Below, in pieces: positions 27,832-35,256 of a stretch of DNA of 64,000 nucleotides. Each line of letters opens with the position of its first letter. Position 1 is the stretch's first letter. Below the pieces are notes generated by a model. It saw nothing but the letters and a program-made list of their open reading frames with translations. It made no database searches and was not told where the DNA came from. The translations under genes were made by a program, and so were the position numbers. Source of the DNA: an uncultured Sphingomonas sp. (GTDB lineage: Bacteria; Pseudomonadota; Alphaproteobacteria; Sphingomonadales; Sphingomonadaceae); NCBI GenBank assembly GCA_966251045.1, contig CBINJP010000020.1, positions 388 through 64,387 on the forward strand, read 5' to 3'.

Positions 27832-27862
27832 CGCGGGCAGGCCCTGTAGCGGCTGCGGCGCC

Positions 27863-28189
27863 TCATTTGCGCTCCGCCTTGTCCGCGTCCATCTCGTCGC
27901 GTTCGAAATGGATGCCCTCGTCATCGACCCGCAGATAGGGTTCCACGCGCGCATCCAGCCCATAGAGGCGAACCACGTCGCTCACGTTCGAGACGGGGCC
28001 GTCGCCGGTTTGCTGCGGAACCAGATCGTGCGAGCCGGCGCCAGGGCGCCAGAGGGTATCATAGGGGATGAGCGCGAATCCGATCATCGCGATGCTCGCC
28101 GCCACCGCGGCAGTAACGGGCCAGCGCATTCCCGTCTGCTCCTGGCGGGGCCCCGGGGTCTTGCGTTTCTGGATCCTCTGGAGAGCCAT
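27863..28189 (-). CDS. Small single-pass membrane protein (hypothetical)
   Basis: 108-aa ORF with ATG at 28189. Has a basic N-terminus and one TM helix (WPVTAAVAASIAMIGFALI). It is packed 9 nt after the PBP-like gene and 31 nt before the kinase-like gene. Confidence 0.5.
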   Translation of the reverse strand: MALQRIQKRKTPGPRQEQTGMRWPVTAAVAASIAMIGFALIPYDTLWRPGAGSHDLVPQQTGDGPVSNVSDVVRLYGLDARVEPYLRVDDEGIHFERDEMDADKAERK

Positions 28190-28198
28190 GGCGCGTTC

Positions 28199-30574
28199 CT
28201 AGTTTCCGGGCGCCGGCGCCCGGCAGGGCGTCGTCATCCATCGCAGATAGGCCGAATCGGGAGCGGTCAGCAGTTCGGCGGCGAAGGCGAGCGCGTCGGT
28301 GGTCCGGCGCTGCAGGTTGATGACCAGCACTTTCAGCCCGCAGATTTGCGAGGGCATGGCGGGCAGCGCGCCCGTGCTGGTCCGCACCGCCATCAGCACC
28401 AGGATATGCCCCTGTTCCTTCGCGGGCTGATCGACGTCGGCGGTACCGGTCTTGGCGAAGAAAAAGACACTGCCCTCCACGCCCTGGGGCTGCGCGAGCA
28501 GCTTCCATAACTGTTTGGCGGTGCCCTTCTGGACCACGTTCGACATGGCATCGCGAATCTCGCGCCAGGCCTCCGCATGCATTGCGACGGTATCGGGGGC
28601 GACGTCGCCCTTGGCGGGCGTGAGCCTGGGGCTGATCCCGCGGCCGGAAAGGATGCGCGCATAGGCCTGACCCAGATTGGCGGTACTCCACAGGCTCCGG
28701 TTTCCGCCGATCACGCTCAGGTAGAAATCGATAAAGTCATTGTCCCGCAGCCCCATCATCAGATTGAGCCGCGGCAGTTCGAATGCATTCGACCCGAGCG
28801 GCTGATTGTCCGCGTCGCGCCACAGATGAGGCGAGCAATGGCTGGTGGTCCCATCCCATCCAAGGTCGGGCGCGCCCGGCCGGATGCCATAGGGAATCAC
28901 GCAGCCGAACCGCCAGAGATTCGCCGCCCAGCTTCTTTCGGACGAAAAGCTCTGGCCGGTCCGCTCATCATGCTCGACGCCCTTCTTGGCGAGCACCAGC
29001 GCATATTCGTTGTTGGAGAAAGTGAGGAAGGCATTGAAATCGACCTTCCCGTCGCCGCGATGCCCCGGGGCGTTTTCGATGCCCTGCTTGTCACCCAGCA
29101 TCAGTTGATGCCCATCGACATCGTGAAAGACAGGACGGTAGGGAATGACGAGCTTCAGCAGGTCGGGATAGCGATCGGTCACGGCCGCCGCGAACGGCAC
29201 CTTCGCGGCGGAGCCGATCGTCAGCCCCCGGAAATTCATGTTGGTCCGCAGCCAGTTGAGCCGCGTGCTATCCTCGCGATCGTCCATCGCGAGCTGGTTG
29301 ACCTCGGTGGGGAAGGTCGCCGCGGCGGCGATCTCGCCCGTCAGCCCGTCCATCATCAGTGCCGCGCCGCGATACGAGAAGCGAGGGGGCGATCCGGGCG
29401 CGTTGTCGGCGGTCATCCGCACCGCCAGCCGGCGTTGCAGATCGAGATGCATCCGCCCAACGATCGACGATTCGAAATCGCCGCCCTCGATTCCCGATTG
29501 CTCGAACCATTGCGACACGTCGCGCAGGCTGGGCTCGCGGATCCTCCGGCCAGCCGAGAGTTCGGAAATCGACCCCGGCGTCTCGGCGAGCTGCAGCGTA
29601 CGCTTGCGCCCGCCCTGACCTTCGATCGTCAGGAACTGATCGGGGCGGATCAGCCAGTAACGGACATTGTCATAGGCCGGCTTGGCCTTCCCGGCCTCCC
29701 CCTTCGCGACGAGGCGGCCATCGATATAGATCTGTACCGTGCCGAGCCGCGACGGAATCTCCACCAGCAGCGCCCGGCCGAGCGGCACCAGCGCGATCGC
29801 GGTGGGCTGGAAGGGCGAACCCGGCACGCGCGATTCGAGTGCGAGCACGACGCGCGATGCCTCGCCCCCGTCGAACTCGCCCGCGAAGAGCTGATCGACC
29901 GGGAATTCGGCTTTGGCGCGCCCGCGCGCAAACCTGAAGACGGCGCGCTTCCCGCCGACTTCGGAAAGAACCAGCATCGGCTGGGCGGGGTCATAGCCTT
30001 TCGCCTTGCCCGCGGATTCGCCGCGATAGTTGACGACGCCTTCCCATATCTTTCGCGGCCCGCCCGCCGCGATCAGCACATGCGCGGTGGGCTGCAGGCC
30101 AGCCACACCATTGTCCTCAAGCTGCCAGCGGTTGATCTGCCGCATGTCGAGATCGAGATAGCTGCGGCTCGCATAGGTCATCAGCCGCTTCTCGCACGGC
30201 CCCCGGGGATCCGCGACGAACCAGGGCAGGAAGCGCTGGCGCTCCCACAAGGTCCGGCAATCGCCCCCGGCCTTCAGCACGCGCGCGATCGCGTCCTTGT
30301 CCCACTGGACCCGGATCAGCGGCGGCTGGCCGGGACGCTCGACCATCGTCCGCTTGAACAGGCCTTCGTGCGCCATCTTGTCCACTGCCGCGCGATACCC
30401 GATCTCGGCCGAGAGCTGGCGCGAGCCCGAATTGCCCGCCGGCCAGGGCGGCGAGGCGAGGACCAGCAGCGTTAGCAGCGCGATGCTGAGCGCGATCAGC
30501 ACCTTCTCGGCGCTGACTCGCGGCCACTTGCGCTTGACCTGCGCGGGGGCGTCGCGGCGCGCGAGTTTAGCCAT
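28199..30574 (-). CDS. Divergent class B penicillin-binding-protein-like transpeptidase with a large unknown N-terminal ectodomain
   Basis: ATG at 30574 (MAKLARRD...; the track start at 30610 is a TTG). One TM helix. All three PBP active-site motifs are present with normal spacing: SAAK (29201-29212), SNN (29009-29017) and KTG (28445-28453). The pre-SxxK motif RGAALMMDGLTGEIAAAATFP resembles the conserved bPBP block. Confidence 0.7.
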   Translation of the reverse strand: MAKLARRDAPAQVKRKWPRVSAEKVLIALSIALLTLLVLASPPWPAGNSGSRQLSAEIGYRAAVDKMAHEGLFKRTMVERPGQPPLIRVQWDKDAIARVLKAGGDCRTLWERQRFLPWFVADPRGPCEKRLMTYASRSYLDLDMRQINRWQLEDNGVAGLQPTAHVLIAAGGPRKIWEGVVNYRGESAGKAKGYDPAQPMLVLSEVGGKRAVFRFARGRAKAEFPVDQLFAGEFDGGEASRVVLALESRVPGSPFQPTAIALVPLGRALLVEIPSRLGTVQIYIDGRLVAKGEAGKAKPAYDNVRYWLIRPDQFLTIEGQGGRKRTLQLAETPGSISELSAGRRIREPSLRDVSQWFEQSGIEGGDFESSIVGRMHLDLQRRLAVRMTADNAPGSPPRFSYRGAALMMDGLTGEIAAAATFPTEVNQLAMDDREDSTRLNWLRTNMNFRGLTIGSAAKVPFAAAVTDRYPDLLKLVIPYRPVFHDVDGHQLMLGDKQGIENAPGHRGDGKVDFNAFLTFSNNEYALVLAKKGVEHDERTGQSFSSERSWAANLWRFGCVIPYGIRPGAPDLGWDGTTSHCSPHLWRDADNQPLGSNAFELPRLNLMMGLRDNDFIDFYLSVIGGNRSLWSTANLGQAYARILSGRGISPRLTPAKGDVAPDTVAMHAEAWREIRDAMSNVVQKGTAKQLWKLLAQPQGVEGSVFFFAKTGTADVDQPAKEQGHILVLMAVRTSTGALPAMPSQICGLKVLVINLQRRTTDALAFAAELLTAPDSAYLRWMTTPCRAPAPGN
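29201..29212 (-). other. SxxK (SAAK) putative acyl-enzyme serine motif of the PBP-like protein
   Basis: The reverse complement of 29201-29212 reads TCC GCC GCG AAG (S-A-A-K), within LTIGSAAKVPF. Confidence 0.6.
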
Positions 30575-33140
30575 TGCCCGGCGCCTCCCCGGTTGGCCGT
30601 CCGCAGACAAAGGGCAGCGCCGTCAGCAGCAGCACCGCCATCGCCTCGGCCAGATCGCCGCCCGAGGTCACCGCGAGCAGATAGATGTTCCGCCCGGTGA
30701 ACGGGACCCAGTTCAGATTGGCGAGCACCATATAGGCCGCGGCCCAGAAAAAGGTGATTCGCGCCGCGACCCCGGCGATGCGCGGCCAGTCGCAGGCGGT
30801 ATCGTCCCCGGCTTCGGCATCATCGCGCGGCCTCAGCGCGAGCATCCCCGCCAGGATCACCGCCAGCACCGCCAGCGCACCCAGGCGGCCCCAGGGCCAG
30901 ATGATGTGAACCGCGGCGAGATTGTCCGAATATTGATATTTGCGCAGCGATTGCTGGATGTTCGACTGGGCGAGATATCCATGGCCGATCATCTCGCGGG
31001 TGAGGGGGCCGAGGCTGGTGGTCTGGTCGAGCGATTCGAAGGCGTGGGTGGTGCCGATCTGTTCGACGCGCGAAGGCCAGAGATAGGCGAGCATGCGAAT
31101 GTCGTTGCGATCCCACTCGGAAGTGGTGGCCAAATGCTCGTTGAGCTTCTGCTGGGGTGAGGGAATCTCGCCGCTGAGCGCGATCCCCAGCGCGAACAAG
31201 GCGACCAGCGTGGGCGCCATGGCGAGGGGCATGAGCCACGGCCACCGCTTGACGATCCCGCCAAGCCCTTTCGCGTCCCGAAATCCGAACCAGGCGATCG
31301 CGACCGCGAGCGGTATGCCGTAGACGAGCATCGAACCGAAATCATGGGTCAGCCACGGAACCACGCCATAGGCGGCGAGGAAGAGGACGAGCATCAGTCC
31401 GGTCGAAAGCCCGCGTTTGCGCAGACGCTGCGTACCGTCGAGGAGCAGCGCGAACCCCAGGATCATCGCCGGCACGTAGATCAGGCTCAGCGGCACGCCG
31501 AAGGGCCGCTCGCTGAAGCGCGATCCCAGCAGATAGGCGCCGATCAGCAGCAGGAACAACCGGAAGGCGACCATGGCGACGATGATCGCGATGCCGAGCG
31601 TATAGGTCCGCGGCAGGCGGTCGATCCACGCGAGCAAGGGCCGGACGCGCTGCCAGATACCCTTCTCGCGACGCGGGACCTTCCCGCCGGGGGCTTGCAG
31701 CAGGGCGCCCAGCAACGCGCAGGCGAGCGCCAGCGGGCTCTCGCGTCCCGGCCATACCAACCGTGCCGTCACCGCGACGCCCGTCATGTAAAAGAGGGCC
31801 GCGGGGAGCCCGCCCCAGGCGACCCCGCCCAGCGCGATCGCGATCGCGGTAAAGCCGGCGAGCAGGAGCAATAGGAAAGCGCTCAACATCGGCCGCAGAT
31901 CCGCATCGGCCTGCCGGAAGGCGAGCACGATCAGCATGGGCAGGCAAAGGAAGGATGCCAGTGGATCCCAGAGCACCTCGGTCAGCCCCTGGCGCGAATC
32001 ATAATATAATCCAGCCACGCCAATCAGCAGCCGTAGCGCGAGCAGCCATTGCACCAGCGGCACGAGTACGCGCTCGGGCGTCGGCTTGCGCCACGCCGCG
32101 GCGCAGAGTGCATGCATCGCCAGTGCGCAGAATATCACGAAGAAGCCGGAAAAGACCGGCAGGAACACCTTGCTCGCGTGAAGCGACAACCTGGCGTCGG
32201 CCGCCTCGACGCCGCTGGGCCACGCGAAATCGGTGTCGGTCTTGGCGCAGAGCGACGAGGGTTCGGCCACCGGGCCCAGCCATTTGGCTTCGGCCACGGG
32301 ATTGGCGCCGCCCAGCCCGAGTCCGGTGAAGACGAGATTGTCCGGATCGAGGAATTCCGGCTCCTGTCCGTCGCCGCCCGCCGCGGGCGAAAGGCGCAGG
32401 CGCGGGAGCTTGCACGAGCCGGCATCGGCGACCAGTGGCTCATTCAGGTTGAGCTCGATGACCGGCGAATCGCCGCCCCGCAGATAGAGCGTGAAGGAGC
32501 GCCGCGGGGCCCATTTGCCGTCGAGGTCGATTCTCGAAACGGTGAGCTCGATCGGCTCGCCCGGGATCAACTCGCGTGTCTCGGGCGCACCGGGCTGGAG
32601 CTCGGTATCGCCGATCTTCACGCCCATCCCCGGAATTTCCTGGTCGGACTGCGGCGCGAAGCTCTGGAGCACGATCTCGGCCTTCATCACCGCATCGCTG
32701 TCGGCGGGCCGAGACGGGGCCTTCGCGCGCACCGTCACAAAGGCGCGCGGATCGGCTGGCATCGAAATGCGTGAAAGGCTCTGATCGGCATAGGGCGGTA
32801 CCACCAGGTCCGCCGAATCGCGGCTGTCGCCGACGATCAGGAAGGGCTGGAACTCCGGCGCGGCCGTGTCCTGACGCTTTGCCTCAGTCCCGTCCTCTGC
32901 CCTGGTCGCTTCCGTGGCGACGACGACCGACTGGGGTATCCGCAACTGCATGATCCGGACGGTCAACTGGTCGCCCTCGCCGCCGGCGAGCGCGGCGACG
33001 AAAGCGGCAAAGGGAATGGCGATCAGCAGGAAGGTGCGGAGCAGGCGAAAAACGCCCTTTTCGCCCAGTGACACCCGGTCGAACCATAGCAGCAGGCCGA
33101 ACGCGACGTTCAATCCGGAGAAGATGAGGGTCTCGAACAA
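30567..33140 (-). CDS. Giant SEDS (FtsW/RodA/SpoVE)-like polytopic membrane protein with a ~320-aa N-terminal extension
   Basis: TTG start at 33140, preceded by AAGGA 6 nt upstream. The C-terminal ~520 aa has about 10 hydrophobic helices. SEDS-like blocks are HDFGSMLVYGI (cf. PDLGTAL), GHGYLAQSN (cf. GxGxGxG), QYSDNLAAV (cf. HTDFIFA) and VPFTGRNIYLLAVTSGGDLAEA (cf. PxTGxxLPFxSYGGSS). The N-terminus has two TM helices and a ~270-aa soluble insert. Confidence 0.6.
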   Translation of the reverse strand: MFETLIFSGLNVAFGLLLWFDRVSLGEKGVFRLLRTFLLIAIPFAAFVAALAGGEGDQLTVRIMQLRIPQSVVVATEATRAEDGTEAKRQDTAAPEFQPFLIVGDSRDSADLVVPPYADQSLSRISMPADPRAFVTVRAKAPSRPADSDAVMKAEIVLQSFAPQSDQEIPGMGVKIGDTELQPGAPETRELIPGEPIELTVSRIDLDGKWAPRRSFTLYLRGGDSPVIELNLNEPLVADAGSCKLPRLRLSPAAGGDGQEPEFLDPDNLVFTGLGLGGANPVAEAKWLGPVAEPSSLCAKTDTDFAWPSGVEAADARLSLHASKVFLPVFSGFFVIFCALAMHALCAAAWRKPTPERVLVPLVQWLLALRLLIGVAGLYYDSRQGLTEVLWDPLASFLCLPMLIVLAFRQADADLRPMLSAFLLLLLAGFTAIAIALGGVAWGGLPAALFYMTGVAVTARLVWPGRESPLALACALLGALLQAPGGKVPRREKGIWQRVRPLLAWIDRLPRTYTLGIAIIVAMVAFRLFLLLIGAYLLGSRFSERPFGVPLSLIYVPAMILGFALLLDGTQRLRKRGLSTGLMLVLFLAAYGVVPWLTHDFGSMLVYGIPLAVAIAWFGFRDAKGLGGIVKRWPWLMPLAMAPTLVALFALGIALSGEIPSPQQKLNEHLATTSEWDRNDIRMLAYLWPSRVEQIGTTHAFESLDQTTSLGPLTREMIGHGYLAQSNIQQSLRKYQYSDNLAAVHIIWPWGRLGALAVLAVILAGMLALRPRDDAEAGDDTACDWPRIAGVAARITFFWAAAYMVLANLNWVPFTGRNIYLLAVTSGGDLAEAMAVLLLTALPFVCGRPTGEAPGNG

Positions 33141-33150
33141 GCGCCGTCCT

Positions 33151-33753
33151 TCAGGAAACGACGTTGCTTGAGTAGAGCCAGAAATAGGCCCTGCGCGTGA
33201 CGAAGAGCATCGCGATCGAAATGAGAGCGAGCACGAACAGCGCCGGCCACAACAGCGTGAAGAGCCATCCGAACCAGTTCGGCATCACGTCGAGCACGGG
33301 TGACTTCGCCGCGAGCCAGTCCGCAAAGCCGCAATCGCCGAAATCCTTCGTGACGAGCGTCCGGACCACCTCGCGATGCGCGCCCCATCCCTCGAGCCCG
33401 CAGACATGGGTGACCATCCATTCGCTTTCGCGCTCGGGAAGCGGGACCATCCCGGGGCCGCTCGAATCCAGCGCTCCCGAGCGGCGTACATTGTTCGCCT
33501 CTTCGGCAAGCAGCGTCCGCATGCGCAGCCCGAAACCCGCATCCAGCCTGGTCGCGGCCGCAATCGCGGCTGGCGGCTTCGGCCCCCTGAGATCCTGGTT
33601 GAACGCGGTATTCTGGCTGTCGTTGAAGGTCGGGTTCGTGAACACGCCCAGCACCCAGAGCGACACGAAGAACAGCACCCCCAAGGCCCCGGTCAGCGCC
33701 GCCCACCCCCAGCGGAGCTGGTCGCGAAACAGAAAGGCAAGGATCACCTTCAT
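33151..33753 (-). CDS. Two-TM membrane protein (hypothetical)
   Basis: 200-aa ORF with ATG at 33753. TM helices lie near both ends (WAALTGALGVLFFVSLWVLGVF; WLFTLLWPALFVLALISIAMLFV), flanking a ~120-aa loop with two Cys. It sits 15 nt after the GTPase gene and 10 nt before the SEDS-like gene. Confidence 0.5.
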   Translation of the reverse strand: MKVILAFLFRDQLRWGWAALTGALGVLFFVSLWVLGVFTNPTFNDSQNTAFNQDLRGPKPPAAIAAATRLDAGFGLRMRTLLAEEANNVRRSGALDSSGPGMVPLPERESEWMVTHVCGLEGWGAHREVVRTLVTKDFGDCGFADWLAAKSPVLDVMPNWFGWLFTLLWPALFVLALISIAMLFVTRRAYFWLYSSNVVS

Positions 33754-33768
33754 GGATGCCGCTCCACT

Positions 33769-35256
33769 TCAGAATTCCGGGATAACGCCGGCATGGGCAA
33801 TCCCCGCGAGCCGCCTGCGCACATTGGCTGCCCAGGAATAATGCTGCCGGAACACCCAGTTGCGGCTTCCCAGTTTCCGGGCGAGCGAGATCCACTGCAG
33901 TACCTCGACCACGCCGTGCGGCGGATGCTTGCGGTAGTGCTCGCGGCTCAGCAGATCGCTGTCCGGCGCCCCGAAATATTCGGGCTGATGCCCGTAAAAT
34001 GCAGTCGCATAATCGAATTTCGAGAGCGGAAAAACCGAGATCAGCTGAGCATGCAGATCGCGCCGCGCCTGATGGATCGTATCCCACGGATTTTCGAGCG
34101 GCAGGTTGCCGGCGCGGTCCGCCAGCGCCCGCAACACGCCGGTCTCCGGACGCTCGCGAAGCTCCGCGTTGCGCAGGCGCAGCATCGCGTCATTCTCGTC
34201 ATTGTAGAAGAGCGACAGCGCCCGGTCCGCCTTGGTCAAGGCGAAGAAGGTCGGGCAATCGAACCCGTTCGGGCCGCCGATGGGGCCGCGATTGGTGACA
34301 TAGTGGCTCTTCACCACCGCCGGCGTGACGCGCTTGAAAGCCTCGGCATCGGCAGGGTCGATATTCTCGTGGCGCATATAGCCGAGCACGCTCGCGACGC
34401 GGAATACGCCCGCCGCGAACTCCTCGAGCTGGTCGGTGCCCCTGCGGAAGTCCTTGGCCCATGCCAGCAGATGCGGCTTGGCCTGATTCACCTGCCTTGC
34501 GGCTGCGCGAAGCGCGGCGGGACTGGGAGCCTCGCCCTCCGGCATGCTCAGCTTGGCGAGGCCGGCCTTGGCGTCGGCCAGCACCTCCTTGTCGTCCGCC
34601 GGCATCAACTCTCCGAAGATCATCAGATCGGTCGGGAGCGCGACGATCATCGCCTTGGCGTAATCCATCGCGCCGAGCAGCATCCGCAGTCTGCTATAGT
34701 CGGCGCTGATCAGGTCGTGAGTCTGGTCGCCCGGCATGTCGATCAGCACGAACGTCTTCGGCTTGCCATGGACATAATGGAACTGGAGGTCGCTGGTGCT
34801 CGGCAACGTCGCCGATTCGCCGTCCTCCGCCGTGACCCGCTTGAATTCGGGATCGCTCGGCATGCTGAAGGGCGCCTTAAGCAGCTGCTCCTTCATCCGG
34901 TGCAGCAGCCAGGTCTTGCCGGCGCCGCCGAAGCCGACGAACAGAATCGCGAACAGGCCCTTCGCCTTGATCTCCTTCAACTCGTCGAAGAAAATCTCTT
35001 CCTGGGTCTTTGGCCGAATGGGAATGGTGCCGCCTCGCGCCGCGCCGCCGCCCGGCGCCATGGGCGGAGGAGCCGGGGTCGGGCCGGGGCCGGGACCGGG
35101 CACGGGCAGCGCGACGACCCGTTGAGTCGTCGGTTCGGGGGTCTTGTCGTCCTGCTCTTCCACCTTTTCCCCCGCGCCGAATATCTCGCAAAGGCTGCAT
35201 CGACCCGTTTCAGGATCGATGGGTTCCCGGTGGACACCGCAGACCTCGCTGGCCAC
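33769..35256 (-). CDS. P-loop GTPase (TRAFAC-type motifs) with N-terminal Cys/His cluster and Pro-rich linker
   Basis: GTG start at 35256-35254 overlaps the upstream TAG by 1 nt. Motifs: G1 GFGGAGKT (34912-34935), G3 DMPG (34729-34740) and G4 TKAD (34225-34236). The N-terminus has C-x2-H...C-x2-C (CGVHREPIDPETGRCSLC). There are about 165 aa between G3 and G4. Confidence 0.65.
   Translation of the reverse strand: MASEVCGVHREPIDPETGRCSLCEIFGAGEKVEEQDDKTPEPTTQRVVALPVPGPGPGPTPAPPPMAPGGGAARGGTIPIRPKTQEEIFFDELKEIKAKGLFAILFVGFGGAGKTWLLHRMKEQLLKAPFSMPSDPEFKRVTAEDGESATLPSTSDLQFHYVHGKPKTFVLIDMPGDQTHDLISADYSRLRMLLGAMDYAKAMIVALPTDLMIFGELMPADDKEVLADAKAGLAKLSMPEGEAPSPAALRAAARQVNQAKPHLLAWAKDFRRGTDQLEEFAAGVFRVASVLGYMRHENIDPADAEAFKRVTPAVVKSHYVTNRGPIGGPNGFDCPTFFALTKADRALSLFYNDENDAMLRLRNAELRERPETGVLRALADRAGNLPLENPWDTIHQARRDLHAQLISVFPLSKFDYATAFYGHQPEYFGAPDSDLLSREHYRKHPPHGVVEVLQWISLARKLGSRNWVFRQHYSWAANVRRRLAGIAHAGVIPEF
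34912..34935 (-). other. Walker A / G1 motif of the GTPase
   Basis: The reverse complement reads GGC TTC GGC GGC GCC GGC AAG ACC (G-F-G-G-A-G-K-T). Confidence 0.7.

Noticed and set aside
30575-30610. TTG start at 30610 for the PBP-like gene
   Set aside because: It would overlap the SEDS-like gene by 44 nt. The ATG at 30574 gives a basic N-terminus directly preceding the TM helix, with only an 8-nt overlap. The choice is not proven.
28199-33140. Interpreting the SEDS-like/PBP-like pair as the housekeeping RodA-PBP2 or FtsW-FtsI genes
   Set aside because: There are no mreBCD, mraZ/rsmH, mur, ddl or ftsQAZ neighbours. Both proteins are about twice the normal size, and their conserved blocks are heavily diverged. 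The gene order is also SEDS then PBP, within an operon of unrelated genes. This cannot be fully excluded without the rest of the genome.
33110-34087. 325-aa minus-strand ORF overlapping the two-TM gene and the end of the GTPase gene in another frame
   Set aside because: It is Arg/Ala/Gly-rich and would destroy the tight, RBS-supported packing of the 33151-33753 and 33769-35256 genes. The chosen frames show TM helices and GTPase motifs.
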